Of a stretch of 64,000 nt of DNA, positions 10,641-36,252 are shown in pieces (the stretch's first letter is position 1; each line of letters starts with the position of its first letter). The stretch lies in the NCBI GenBank assembly GCA_964252035.1, contig OZ176201.1; one strand, written 5' to 3'. Origin of the DNA: Podarcis erhardii (Eukaryota). The position numbers and the translations under genes are program-made. Under the pieces are notes generated by a model that searched no databases, was not told the DNA's origin, and worked only from the letters and a program-made list of their open reading frames with translations.

Positions 10641-13600
10641 ATAAATATTTCACATCCTCAAGAGTATCACAACCAAAATGAAATTTGCATAAATATGTCC
10701 CATGGTTGATTCCAATTGCAGGCATTGGTTTACTAGTCATAGGATATTTCTTAGAAGGGTTGAGGGGGTGAGGTTATAGAACCAGATTACCTGTACTTGG
10801 CCTAGAAATTAAGGCCACATGCACACCATACATCCCAACACATATTTAAAGCGCATGACTTTCCCGAAAGAATCATGGGAACTCTGTTTCTCCCCCCCCC
10901 CCAGTACCTTCAACTACATATTCCAGGATTCCTTGGAGGAAGTTATGTGCTTTAACTGTGTGTTGGTTGTTCTTCAAGGGTATGGCATGGATCTGCCCTA
11001 AATCTGCTAGTCTGTATCCCATCCTTTTGCTGACTTGTTTTCTATACTAGAGAGATTACAATGGTGTCTGTTCCTGTATAGCCACTGAAAAAGACAGGAG
11101 AATGCAAGGCAGTGTATTGATAATATCTGGCTGGCCTGTTCTTGCCTATGGCCAAGGCTCTTAGGATGTTTAAGATCCCTCTGAGATAACATACAAGTTA
11201 CGCACCAAAGCCAACACTTGCCCCTCAAGAGACTTGTTAGCCAAATGATGATGCTTTTTCGTTGTTGTTTTGGAAACCTTGTGAGGAGGGAGGCCCCTTG
11301 TGTTGGAGAATATATTGGTTTCCGTCTCCAGTTGCTAGCAGTGCAGGAGCGAGATTAAATTCTAATTTCATATCTAAATTAATGCTGAAAAGACCCAGAG
11401 TGATAAAGTGGTGAAACAAAACCAGTAAAACATTAAATGAGGAACATTGAGGTGGCAATGTTCAGATGCACCAGATCAGTACAAATAAGAATCCCACGCA
11501 GACTGCTTCCCAACAGTCCTGCAAAAAGATGTTTTCCTTGCATTTCTAAAATGTAACCGTGAAAATCATTGCCACACTTCTTCTGGGAACTCATTCCAAA
11601 CCTGCTGGAAAGGTCCTACCCCTTCCAATTGAAGTTTAACTTCTGGAAGATGGGGATTTTTATCTGGGCCCAACCAGAAGTTCCTAATGGGAGGCTAGTG
11701 TATGTGTGTCAGGAACACAGGAAGCTACCTTCCATCAAAGCAGACAATTGGTCAATCTAATTTAGGGATGGAGTCCCTCTGGCCCTCTAGATGTTGGACT
11801 CCATCTTCCATCAGTCCCAGCTGGCATGACCAATGACCAGGGATGATGAGAGTTGTAGCCCATCAACATGGATGGCCACAGGTTCCCATCTCTAGTCTAT
11901 ACTGACTGGGAGCACCTTTCCAGGATTTCAGACAGGTCTTTCTCAACCTACTTGGAGATACTAGAGATTGAGCCTGGAGCCTTCTGCATGTAAAGCAGGG
12001 GTGGGGAACCTGGGGCCCTCCAGCTGTTCTTGGACTTTTGACTCGCATCAGCCCCAGCCAGCATGGCCAATGGTAAGGGACAATGGGAGCTGGAGGTGAG
12101 CAATATCTGGAGGCCCAGAGGTTTCTCAGTCGCATGTGCCCTCTTGCTATACAGGTGACCCGTCCCCCCCTTAGGCAGGGATTATGTTTCAGGGCCCACA
12201 GACATAAGCAAAAATCGTGTAAGTGGGGAGCACCCTCTAAAAAGCCTCTGAACGCCTGCTTTCTCTCCAGCTCTCTCTACAATGTAGACTGAAATATCAG
12301 CTCTGGGGCTGGTTGGAGGCTGGAGGACACGCAGACAAGTAGTGGTGGTGTTGGCGGCTGCAGTACCCCGTCCATCAGCTGTTAGGGAGGGAGGCTGTGT
12401 GCTCGGGTCTCTTTGGGGCTTCCTCCGCCGTCACTGATGTCTTTTTCAGGCTCTGGGGAGGGTCTCCTCACAAGCAACAAGGACTGTTCAGCTCTCTCCC
12501 ACTATTTCCTGCTTTGAATTTTTTTATTTATTTCCTGGCACTGCATGTATATGCATTTGTGCACACTTTATTGCCTGTAGTCTTTCCCCCTTGTATGGCC
12601 AGAATGCCTAGTAACCTACAGTTACTTCAGCTTCCCTTCTGATAGGGAGTGCAGTTCATCTCCTTGAGCAGCCTGGACCTTGTTTTTACTCCATGCAGAA
12701 GATACCATCTGCCTGGGAATGCAAATGGTGCCATACCAACAATTATTTGAAGCATGTGTGGTTCCACAAAATGCGTTCCGTAAATAACACTGGGGCTTTT
12801 ATTCCCTAGTGCAGATTTTCTTTTGTATTCCCTTCCATTTGTTTATTCTTAAGGCGTTTATATGCAGCTTAATCATAAGCATTTCCACCAAGTATTTTGT
12901 GAGAGGACTGCGACCTAAGCTGCAGAGCAGCTAAAATAGCATTTGGAGGTGGCCTTCTCCATAGGAAGCACAAAATAAGTTTGTTTTTTTTTAAAAAAAA
13001 ATACAGCACGTCCATCATACGATGCTCTAATTTGCCATGCTCATGAAAATCATGTGCAAATTGTATTTCATGTGGATTAGCACTGAACTTTCAGCTCCTG
13101 CAGCTTTTCTCGAGGTGCCCCTCTGTCGAAGAAGGTGCTCCACCTTGGCTGTTGATTTGCTGATCTCCAAAGTGCAGAGAGAAAAGAGGTGAATTTGTGT
13201 GTCTGGTGAGAGCAGCTTCTGCATGGTGAATAAGCCTGATGGGAAAACTCTTTGAGGACGAAAGCGTGCATGGTGGAGATCGGCGCTGTTAAAGAGAGTG
13301 CCTGCCTATGTTGCTTGAGTGCCCTGTGCTCACTTTATCTGCCAGCAATGCAGCCTAGTAGTTGTGTTTTGGATACAGTGGGAGAAGAAGGAGATACCGG
13401 AGGCTTTGAAAGATTACTAGGGCTGCATCTCTATTAGTCCCCTATGCTCTGGTGTTTATCTTGGCACAGGTCAGTCTGTGAGGCTCTTGTGCAATTGGAC
13501 ATGGTCGATTAGTTCCATAAGCTGGATTCATGGAGTCTGACCAAGCCAATGTGAATAGAAAATGCCTTCATCGGGTTCACTGTTTAAGGGGTGCTCTCAG

Positions 13601-13911
13601 CTCAAATGGTGTAATGGAGAGTTATTTCTATGGCAAGAGATGCTTTTAACACCTGGGGCTTTGTCGTAATGAGGCAAATGGTGTGTTTCTGCTCTTTCCC
13701 CCTTGTTGCTTCTATTCAGCCAACCAATTTCTTGTTCGGTTGTCATCTGCAATTCTGGCTGCAGCAGTGGTTGAAGATGTGTGGGGAGGGGAGCATAATT
13801 AGGAAGGGAAATGGCTAGAGAATCCAACCCCCTTGGGCCAACCCAGTCTTGTATACAGTATACTGTCTCTCACAGCAGCTAGCATAAGAAACCTATTACA
13901 AGAAAGGTAGA

Positions 13912-13929
13912 AGAGCCCTCTAGTGGTCA
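13912..13929 (-). promoter_or_regulatory. Strong CTCF consensus match
   Basis: Reverse complement TGACCACTAGAGGGCTCT versus consensus TGRCCASYAGRKGGCRS. Confidence 0.45.
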
Positions 13930-16147
13930 TAGAAAGGATGTTTTCACACATATATTGGGTATCTTAATCTGCAACAGAAATTTTCTGAAGCCCTAAACCT
14001 GGGCTGGGGAGCCTGTGTCCCCCAGAAGTTGCTGGACTATAACTCCCATAATCCCAGACCATTAACCATATTGGCTGAGGCTTATGAATGGCCCACTTTA
14101 ACTGATTCCGCAGCCCCTCCGTATGCACTCCAGATCTCATGAAGGGAACCCTCTTAAAGGAAGCAAGGGGCACCCAAAAATAAAGTAATGATTTCTGCAT
14201 ACTCAGAGGACTCTCTGGGAGACGTGCAGAAGTATGTAAGTTTATGAGCTGAAAGAGAGAACAACTTTTTGAAAAGAGAAAAAAAGCATTGTGGGCATTT
14301 TAAGACCTTTGGAATGTCAGTGACATACAGAAAAATAGACTATTTACTGGTGCAGTTCATCTCTGTCTGAAGAGGGAAATTCTAGGTTCATGTTGCACCC
14401 CAAAAGTAAGAGGTGCTGTCTTTTTGCTGCTAGCCTCTTCTGGGAGGGGGTTGGGAGCCAGGGTGGGGTCCATGCTGCTGTTGCTGTCTATTTACAGCAA
14501 TGTTAAAATCCTGGGTTTCCTTCATTGTTTTATGTGAGCAGCTCTTAGTTCTGCCCTGGAGGATGGAAAAAGTGGGTCAGATTGGAAGTTGGGCATGCTG
14601 TGTTAGTCTAGCAATTATGTCTATGGCTGCAGGCTGTTGAGCCATAGAATGATGGTGTCAGTTAAAAATGGCAAACAGAGGGGGAGGTTGGGGGATGCAT
14701 GCCATGAGGCTAAAATATTTTCACCCTATATATTCCTCTATTTTGGTAATAATAAAAAAAAGGTGCTCGTACTCATGTCTTGATAAAAGTGCTGTGGGTA
14801 CCAGCACCAAATGGCTGCCTTGGCAGCAAAAGGTGCCTGCACTCCATATTGGTGAGGGCTGTCCTCCCAGAAGCAATATATACACACATGCATACATAGA
14901 TCTCAATAAAACGCTTGGATTCAGGACTGGCAACCAGGCCTGAACCCTGGGCAAGTTAGCATTTTATACAGGCTCAGGGAATGTTTATAACATGTGGGAA
15001 AGCAAAAATATGTGAATCTTGAATAGTATTGCTGGCCTCCTGTTTCAGGCTATGTGGAACCCTGAACATTTAGAATTATTTTTTCTGGATGCCCAAGTAG
15101 CTGAATTAAATCCAAAGGCGTGCCAGATACATTAAAATTGAGAAAAGGTGAAGCCCATTCCTTTGTTTTTCAGATCTAGCAAAAAGATTGTAAAATGCTG
15201 ACCTACAGCTCCCATCATTCTTGACTGTTCCTGACCATTCTGGCTCAGGCTTATGGGAATTGGAGCCTAGTGACACCTGGAGGGCCACAAAACTTACCAG
15301 AATGCTGCTGCCTTTTGCAAACCCGCTTCAAAGCATTCTGGTCAGTGAGAGTGCTTCAGAAAGGAAAGCTGAATCTGCTCTTCCCCAGCCTTCTCAACTC
15401 AGGCTTTGGGTACCATGGCCACAGAATACAGCTCTTCGTGTTGGGTCTGTAATAGAGGGGGAGGGAACAGCTGTCTTTGGAAAGGGCCATAGCTCAGTGG
15501 CAGAGCATATACTTCTGTGTGCATTGAAGGTCCCAAATTCAATTGCTTGTACTGCTAGCAAGGTTGAAAAAGTGTCTCACCTGCCACCCTGTGGAGTTGC
15601 TGGCAGTCAAGTGTTGCAGGCAGTGCTGAGCAAGATGGGCCAGTGGGCTGATTTTGGCACAAGACAGCTTCTACTACTTAGAAAACATTTATTAGATGTG
15701 CGTTCCAGCACAGAAGGCCTCCGCTGCACGGAGTTCAAATAATGGTTTAAAGTAAATCTATCAAATAAGCCGCTAGACGAAATTTCATGAAATGATAGGG
15801 GCCATTAGTGTGGGAGATGAAGAAAATGTGGGTAGAGCTTGTTGGGTTAAAAATAGGGCTAGCTGAACATGCCCACGCCTGCCTTGTACTGTAGGGGAGT
15901 GCTCAGACTCCCATTAACTTTTTGTTTCTTAAAAAAAGAAATCTACAAAATGGTGTGAGCATTTCTTCAAAGGCACTCTTCAAGCTGGATGATTCAGAAG
16001 CACTGCAGAATGGCAGGTGAGCTTCAGAGTGAGCGAGCGCCTCGTGTTCCACATTGGGACACACAAACTCCTGCACAGACACTGATGGGATCTAAATGAG
16101 CTGTCACTTCTGCCAGTGAGGTCTTGGGGTCATGGTAGAAAGCGCAG

Positions 16148-16155
16148 TGACGTCA
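16148..16155. promoter_or_regulatory. Perfect CRE palindrome TGACGTCA in PRKACA intron 1
   Basis: Motif seen directly; function untested. Confidence 0.4.
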
Positions 16156-17107
16156 TCTCAGTGTGCTGGCACAGTGGAGGAAAAGCAAATCTGATACTGG
16201 GAATTACTATAAAAAGAGGCTGAAAATGAAATGGCAAGTACGCCAGGATGAGACTCTGGTATGGCTGTGCTTGGAATGCCAATGGAGTTCTAGTGGCCTG
16301 GTTTTGAAAAAGAGATCACAGAAGGGGAGGAAAGTAAAGAAATGGGTGGCTAAAGATATTCAGGTGGATGGGACTTCCTTCGAAGAGAAGTTTAGGCCGC
16401 ACACTTAAATTTAGTTCACAAAATTAGGAATGGTGTGAAAGAAACCAAAACATTGGAGTTTGAAGTTCTCTAATACTTTGACAGCAAGTTCAGGACAAAT
16501 TAAAGCAAGCACTGTTTTCAACTTATGGAATTCATCCCACAGTTTGGAAGGCCACTAACACTGTCATTGTCACTGTCAACTGGAATAGGTTTAGCTCCCA
16601 TAGATGGGTCTATCAATGGCTGTAGGTCATGGTTTGCAGGTGCACTATATCTTTCCTTACCAGAGACAGCAAACAGACAGAGGATGATTATTGAAATCAT
16701 GTCCTAGTTATCAATTTTCCAGGGGTATGTGGTTGGTCCTGGTTAGAGACCATATACTATACTTGATGAACCTAGAATTCTGATCCTGCAAGATCATTGT
16801 TGCCAACATCCAACAAGAGGAACAAACAATTACTTGCACTTTCACACTTGTATTACGTTTTTCCAAGGAACTCAAGGTAACGTATGTGGGATTAGCAGTT
16901 TTTTCCTCCCAGCAGCCTTGTGAATTAAGTTATGTTGCTTGTGTGATTTCCCCCCGCCCCGCCCCACCCCGCAAAAAGACCCCTTCAAAACCATTGAGCT
17001 TCATGGTTCAAATTCAGTTATCTAGCCACTATACCACAATGACTCTTGCAGTGCCATTTGAAAGCTGGGAGAACAGGAGATTAGCACATCACAATTATAG
17101 CCTTGAG

Positions 17108-17421
17108 CAGGGGTCAGCAGGGGGGTGGTCCACTGTCCCTCAGACCTTGTGGGGGGCTGGACTATATTTTTTTTGGGGGGGGGGAAATGAATGAATTCCT
17201 ATGCCCCACAAATAACCCAAAGATGCATTTTAAATAAAAGCACACATTGTACTCCTGTAAAAACACCAGGCAGGCCCCACAAATCACCCAGAGATGCATT
17301 TTAAATAAAAGGACACATTCTACTCATGTAAAAACACGCTGATTCCTGGACCGTCCGTGGGCCGGATTTAGAAGGCGATTGGGCCGGATCTGGCCCCCGG
17401 GCCTTAGTTTGCCTACGCATG
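17108..17421. mobile_element. hAT-type MITE with internal ~62 bp duplication
   Basis: CAGGGGTCAGCA left end, AGTTTGCCTACGCATG right end, flanked by gccttgag and gcccttgag target-like repeats. Confidence 0.75.
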
Positions 17422-17819
17422 GCCCTTGAGGCCCTTGAGGAATGATGCAAGTTCACTGGGCAAGAAATTGTACAGCAGTCAGTGATGATGAGACATGTGG
17501 TCCAACACCATCTGGTAACCCAAGAATGAGAGAGGTTGTCTTAAGGAATTTTTTTCGTGTTCCTGGTGGCCTATCTAAATTTTAGCCTAAGTGGTTTTTT
17601 AAACCACAGTTTCTCTTATTTGAAATATACATATTGATGAGACAGTATTGCATCTTTCTCTGATTTGGCATGTAAATGCACATTTTTGGATTGCAATGCA
17701 ATGTCTTGAGTTTTGTGTGCCATAACTTGGAAGCCCATATTGCTAGGGGATATCAGCTTCATTATGGAGCCAGGCGAATGTTCAGGGCTCACTTTCAGGC
17801 AAAATAAACTCCCAGCCCC

Positions 17820-18220
17820 TAAACCACACTCTGAACCTAACACTAAACCAAGGTTTATTAAACTATGGTTTATGAAACCACGGCTTGGTGTTTTGTGCAA
17901 AGTCTGCCTAGTGGCTTGACTATGGTTTGTTTACTGCTAACAAACCATGATCTGAAGCTGTGGTTCGTTGCTGGTTTATGACCCTTAGTTTGTTGTAATT
18001 AAGTTTTGCAACTCTCACCAAGCCAAACACCCTTCCTTAACCATGGTTTGTTTGGCCTCCCCACCCCAGATGCTCACTGAACTACAAAGGCATGAGTTGA
18101 GAGCAGCTGAAAATTGAACCAAACTTTGGAGAAAAACAAGCCATGGTTTGCTTGCTCATCTGTGAGACAACTCATGGCTTGTTTTAACAAACCGTGGTTT
18201 AGTGTTCTGTGTGAACCAGG
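17820..18220. repeat. Old element with repeated palindromic AAACCATGGTTT-like motifs
   Basis: Multiple aaacca/tggttt variants in both orientations. Confidence 0.5.
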
Positions 18221-19162
18221 CCTCTGTCTGGAGAACAGAGCAGCCATCAAGAATGCAGAATTGTTCCCTCCCTTTGCCTAGACCTCAAGACAGGGTTGAT
18301 GGTTTAGAGTGCAGTTGGAGGCTCTTGGGCATGACGCAGGAGCGACTGACGGCCTGAGGTTAGATGAGATCATAGTGCTCAGCCTGGCCTTAAGGCCTGT
18401 GGTGCTCTGTCGCTGTCGGGGGTCCCTCATGGCTTATGGAAGAGGTCAGTGTTCTGGAGATGGGGAGGGGTGATTGCTGCCCCTTTTTGGAGGGGGGCCC
18501 ATGGAGCTAAAATAGAATGCTGAGATGGCCCTAGGAAGGGGGGAAGAGCTGCCAGAATTTTCTTACATGGCAAAAGAAATCTCCTTGAGGAGTGGGGAGG
18601 GGGCTGGGATCTGTGCAGGAAGGTGTAAGCTGGTGGCACTCTGTAAGTAATGTGGATAAAGGAGGAGACAAAGGGAAAGTAGGTCAGACAGGCTGAGCTG
18701 CAGCTCCACGTCTGTTTGTGTGCGTGTCTCGGGGAAATCCAGCCGCTCTGTGCTGCAGCATGAAGGAATTGGGTGGGAGGATTGCTGTGAAGGTTTGGAG
18801 TGGGAGGATGCTATGAAAGCATCCCCAGACTGCGCCTGGCCATGTTCCCTTTGTGTCAGGTACCTCTCCTGTAGGAAATAAGAGGCTGGTGCAAAGCAAC
18901 CTTATTTCAGGGGCTCCTCCATTTTACAGTCTTCTGATCTCATGCCAGGAGAAGCTGCATCTCCATGATGGGAGGGGGGAACTGAAAATGAGCTTTTTCT
19001 GGTGGATGCAGGGGCAGACTTCACATTCTGAACTGGGAGCCAGGATCCCTGGAATCTGTAGTCAGGCTCCATTTCTTTAGATGGTAGCGAACTGTTCAGC
19101 AAATTTACCCTGGCTGAGGAGTGCTTGCTCGGCCTTTTCTGCTTCTCTTTGCTTTATGCAGA

Positions 19163-19572
19163 TACAGTTGTACCCAGTATGTTTCCGAGCACAATTCAAA
19201 GTGTTGGTGCTGACCTTTAAAGCCCTAAACGGCCTCGGTCCAGTATACCTGAAGGAGCGTCTCCACCCCCATCATTCTGCCCGGACGCTGAGGTCCAGCG
19301 CCGAGGGCCTTCTGGCGGTTCCCTCATTGCGAGAAGCAAAGCTACAGGGAACCAGGCAGAGGGCCTTCTCGGTAGTGGCGCCCGCCCTGTTGAACGCCCT
19401 TCCAGCAGATGTCAAAGCGATAAACAACTACCTGACATTCAGAAGACATCTTAAGGCAGCCCTGTTCAGGGAAGTTTTTAACGTGTGATATTTTACTGTA
19501 TTTTTGGTTTTTATGGAAGCCGCCCAGAGTGGCTGGGTAGGCCCAGCCAGATGGGCGGGGTATAAATAATAA

Positions 19573-19603
<31 letters not shown>

Positions 19604-19842
19604 GATCCCAAATGCCTTGAAACTCGAATCTTTTGGCTCCCGAACCCTGCAAACCCGGAAGTGAGTCTTCTGGTTTGCGAATGTTCTTAGGAAGCCGAAC
19701 ATCTGACGTAGGTTCCGCGGGTTCCGATTGCGTGCAGGAAGCTCCTGCAGCTAATCGGAAGCCGCGCCTTGGTTGTTGAGTGTTTTGGAAGTTGAACGGA
19801 CTTCTGGAATGGATTCCGTTCGGCTTCCAATGTATGACTGTA
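19163..19842. mobile_element. Tigger/mariner-type MITE interrupted by an L2 3' fragment
   Basis: TA-CAGT ends: tacagttgtacc...[L2]...ttagatcccaaat on the left and ...tgtatgactgta on the right. Confidence 0.65.
19173..19602 (+). mobile_element. Young 5'-truncated L2 LINE (ORF2 C-terminus, 3'UTR, (TTA)n tail)
   Basis: Open frame FRAQFKVLVLTFKALNGLGPVYLKERL...RAFSVVAPALLNALP...FRRHLKAALF followed by a (TTA)n tail. Confidence 0.88.
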
Positions 19843-20259
19843 TATGCTGTGCTTGGCCCCAGTGGATGATGGGATCTTGAGGGCTTAGTTTGTAAGGTTG
19901 TTGTTTCATAGACTCATAGAGGTGGCAACTGCCAACTGCAGTATTGTTGATAGGTGGCCAGCCAGCCTACTGTTCTTGATGCTGATATTTAGTTGTTTTT
20001 CTCACAGAGTGACCCGAAGAAACTTCCATTGAAAACAATAACAAAAAAAAAACAGCAATACAGCTAAAAGGCAGGTCTGATAGATTCCCAGCCAACACGA
20101 AAAGAGGCCACAACCCCCCCCCCATTTTAAGGACCCAAAGCTTGGGTGAAGAGAAAAGTCTAAATATAGATAAAGATGGCAACATGCATGCCTCCCTGGG
20201 GAGAGCATTTCACAACAGGGAGCCACCACTGAAAAGGCCTTAATGAAAGAGAGTCATCT

Positions 20260-20556
20260 ACCCCTTCCAAAGCAGTCTGCTTTACTGTTGAACACGTTAT
20301 GCCGTCAGGAAGTTCTTCCTGATGTTTGGTCTAAATCAAATCCTTTTTCTTGTAATCTAAACCCATTAATTCAGGTGCTATCTTCTGGAACAACAGAAAA
20401 CAAAGCTGCTCCATCTATGTAACAGAGGGCTATTGCATTGCCTCTTGGTAGTCTGTTATCCAGGATGTAAAATTCACTGACTCCTTCAACCTTCCCCCAA
20501 AGGGTTTGGTTTCCAGGCTCTTCATCATCATGGTTGCCCCTCTCAGAAAACATTCC
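20260..20556 (-). mobile_element. CR1 LINE 3' fragment
   Basis: gtcaggaagttcttcctgatgttt...ctccttcaaccttcc...gcccctctc, typical reverse-strand CR1 ORF2 end. Confidence 0.6.
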
Positions 20557-22154
20557 AGGAGCGAGGCAACCCTTTAGAAAGTGGGGGTGTGAAAATTGTT
20601 TGGGGTTCCTTCCCAGCTCAGCAAGGGGTACCAGTCTAAGAATGCTCCCAGCCCCTTCCTAGTTAATCAAGCAGTACTGCTTTGCCAGTGAACACAACCT
20701 TTTGGTGTTGGCAGAACGCTGTGTTACATAGATGGAGAAGCTGGAAGAGGGAGTTTAGTATGCCAATTCTGCTTTCTAAAGCCCAGCCCTGAGCTACTTC
20801 TGGAAATATCCTCTGCCAGAGTCCCCAAAACTCTAGTTTATATCATGACACAAAAAAACACCCTAAACTTGGATGATGTTCAGCTTGCATAATACACAGA
20901 ATTAGCATATAATTATTTGATCACTTTTAATCAGCCAAATTTATTTAATTAACTGATTAGATTATGACTCCAATTGTCTTCAGAACCCGCACAAGTGGTA
21001 ACAGCATGGGGTATTATTTCTATTGTGCAGCTGGAGTAGAGAGAAAAGGATGGGATTCATGGGATACAGGTGAATGATTAGGATGAGTTAAGGGTAATTC
21101 TCTCTCTCATTTACCTGTTTACCTCTAGATCCTTTAGAAGACATTGAATCCACCTTCCTAAGCTTTATCTTTCCTTTGTGGCCATGACCGCTAGAAACTG
21201 TCTAATTTGAGGCAGTCACGTCCAGTTGGGTGTTCTCATCTGCAGCTATATTTGACATGTTTCTGTCGGCAGTAGATGGGTTTTTCAGCCCCAAACCTGT
21301 TTGGACATGGAGCATTTCCTTGGTTCTGTGAATTTTCTGCTCTCAAGAACCCTCTTTTTCATTGTGCTTGGTGCCATTACATACCTGTAGCTTCAAAAAA
21401 CCTGATTATGCAATTTAGAGAGTGTACAACTATCTACGTGGTAGCCTTCCTGCTTTGGATACATTGAATGTGTTGGAGCACCAGGTAGTTTCTCTTAGAC
21501 ACAAGACTACCTTCCAGGTTGGATCTGATCTTTTGTACATTATAGAACACAAGGTATGCAGCGGCCATGCCCATGGCTGCTGGTGTCTGCATATAGGTCA
21601 TCAGTTGGTTTGTAGTCAGGATGATATTGGGAGCCCTTAGTTCAGTGCTGGTGGATGTGTGGCTCTCTAAATGTCTATTCCAGCTTCAGCTAGTGGTCGG
21701 GGAAGGTGGGAATTGCAGTCCAGCAGCATCTGGAGGGCCACAGGTCCCCTCTCCCCCATGTTTCAGTCACTGTCTCAGCACATGGCAGGTGCTTTAACCA
21801 TGAGTAGCTCACCTGTGACTGGGAAACTTTAGAGTCTCTGAGTCTTGAATGATTCCACTTTACCTCTCATGATTGACATTATTGGCTGAAATCCAGAAGG
21901 TCCCATGCTTCCCCAGATTCTTCTCAGAATTTCATTCCACAGCTCCTAAATGTCTCTTTCAAAAATAAGTTTGGGGGTTGTGGCATGAGAACCTTTTTGA
22001 AGGGGAGAAGCTGCTAAGAAGGGGAGAAGCTGCCAGTACATGGAACTGCCAGTCTTAAAAGTCTCTAGTTGTGTGTGTGTATTTTTGAAACTTGCAGAGC
22101 ACCTTCTGAGTTGGAAACTGAGAAGAAAATGTGTGCATGCAAACAGATGGAACA

Positions 22155-22330
22155 TACAGTGGTACCTCGGGTTAAGTACTTAATTCATTCCGGAGGTCCG
22201 TTCTTAACCTGAAACTGTCCTTAACCTGAAGCACCACTTTAGCTAATGGGGCCTCCTGCTGCCGCTGCACCGCCAGAGCACGATTTCTGTTCTCATCCTG
22301 AAGCAAAGTTCTTAACCCGAGGTATTATTT
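22155..22330. mobile_element. Tigger-like MITE, truncated copy
   Basis: TACAGTGGTACCTCGGGTTAAG start; near-identical to 45700-45922. Confidence 0.8.
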
Positions 22331-23177
22331 CTGCACAAGGGCTTCTGTATGTGCAACAGGGCTTCCCCCTCTCCCACATGTACCCTGAAATTGTCTTGAA
22401 GGGGTTGGGGTACCCCCAGAACAGCATGGAGGGGAGGGAGGGAGATGGTTCTATCTGGCAAGTGGAAATCCTTGCATAGGCAGAGCGTTTGTCATGGTGC
22501 AGCATTGAATTTCACATCTGTATGACTCCTCAAAAGCCTTGCAAATGAGTGGCATGAATGTGGAGAGAGTGGGGCCTGCCTTCCTTTTTCATGGGTTTAC
22601 TTATTCCCTGCTCTTGCTTTAAAAGGCTGGAGGTCCCAGTGTGGCCCAAAGTTGTCTGTGACTTGCAAGGATTGGGCACAGGTTGGCCCCCAAAATAAGC
22701 AACATGGTGACAGACCTAAAGCTGAGCAGCGGTGATCTTTAGCAGAGGTGACCGGTTGCTACTGTATTCTCCAGGCTGGATTTAGGGCTCCCATGGTAAC
22801 ACATATTTCTCAGATATTGATTGTGCATATTTCCACAGGCCAGCAGTTGGCCATTTCTCATCTAGAGTCTCATGGCTGAGCCTAAAAGAGGGGGCTGTGT
22901 GTCTGCTCTCTGCCCTCCAGGGAATGTTTGCTCCTTGGGAATCCGACTTGTTGAAAGGTGTTGTCTTCCCCTTTCTGGCCTTCCTGCTGGGAATGCATCC
23001 TCCGTTCCTGGTGATTCAGCAAATAGGCCCGTCAAAGAAATGAGAGCTGGCAGACTTGAAGGGGACTCCTGTTTCCCAACATAGCCTCTTTGACTCCTAA
23101 GGAGTGTTCAGCAGCTCAGGCCTTCAGGCAACATGCTCTCTTGTCAATGCTCTTTCTCTGCCTCTGCTTACTTACAG

Positions 23178-35237
<12,060 letters not shown>

Positions 35238-36198
35238 GGCCAGTCCCCCTTGCTTTGTGTGCCCAGGAAAAGGAAGGGCTGGATTTGATCAGCCCCAAGG
35301 GCCAGAGTTCCTTGCCTATATGTTAATTTGGGGAGGTGGGAGAGTGTTGGGGTTCACCTGAATCTGTTTGGGCAGAAGAGAGAAAAGGGGAGTTCATTTT
35401 GAAGCTGTGGAAAAGGCAGCAGTCGGAGTGCCATCCATCCACCTCCCACTGAAAGCTGTAAGGTGGCTCCCAGCCACTCTCAGGCAGGTTTTAAACAAAT
35501 TCCCTTCCTCCTCATATTGACTCCAACCCCCCTCCCCACCACTACCACACACAAACCCTAATTGGACAGTCCCTGGTTTATTGGTGGCTTTATTTTATTT
35601 TTATTTTTTTAGGGGAAAGGGGATATATTTGCCATTCATCACCCCCTATGAAAGGTCTGGTTCATGGGGCATTGCAAGAATTTCTGGAAGGGGGGGTGGT
35701 CAGGGCAAGAAATAACCACATCCACACAGCACTTTGGTGTTTAGACCAGCACTGAACAGGTTAATGGCCCCACCCTCTCGCCTTCCCCTATGGGACAACT
35801 CCTGTCCTTTTATCAGTCCCCCCCCTTCCAGGCCCCTTTTATTATCTTTAAATAAAAAGTTTAAAGAAATAGTTGACTGGCTTTATAAAAAAGGGTTTTA
35901 AAAGTCTAGGCAGGGCACAGTGCTTTTTTATACGCTCTGTCTCCCGCACCGTTAAATTAAATTCAGCCAGAATTTTAACTCTGTAAAAACAACTGAGTTT
36001 TAGCATGAAGAATTTGTGTGTGTTTTTTGGATAGAAAAACACTTTATTTCCAATCTTTGTCTCCCTATTTTGGGGGAAAGAAGGGGGCAATAGTTTTCAC
36101 ACCTGTAGGAGGGAGCAGTGACTGGTTGCCAGCTGGCAAAGGCATACTGAGAGAAAGAAGCTTGTCTCAATTTGTCTTTCTTAAATGTGCACACACAC

Positions 36199-36252
36199 CT
36201 TCTCTCTCTCTCTCTCTCTCTCTCTCCCTCCCTCCCTCCCTCTCTCCCTCCC
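36199..36252. repeat. (CT)n(CCCT)n pyrimidine tract in PRKACA 3'UTR
   Basis: Seen directly. Confidence 0.9.

Noticed and set aside
14188-14235. ATG...TAT|GTAAGT as an alternative PRKACA first exon
   Set aside because: Phase 0 puts TGA at the start of exon 2. It could only join exon 3, and there is no promoter signal.
15482-15545. tRNA-like GGGCCATAGCTCAGTGGCAGAGCA
   Set aside because: Degenerate tRNA-derived SINE head; the B-box and acceptor stem are broken
1-23177. Canonical PRKACA exon 1 (MGNAA...) or a long Cbeta2-like first exon
   Set aside because: Searched by eye and no match found; presumably upstream of the window
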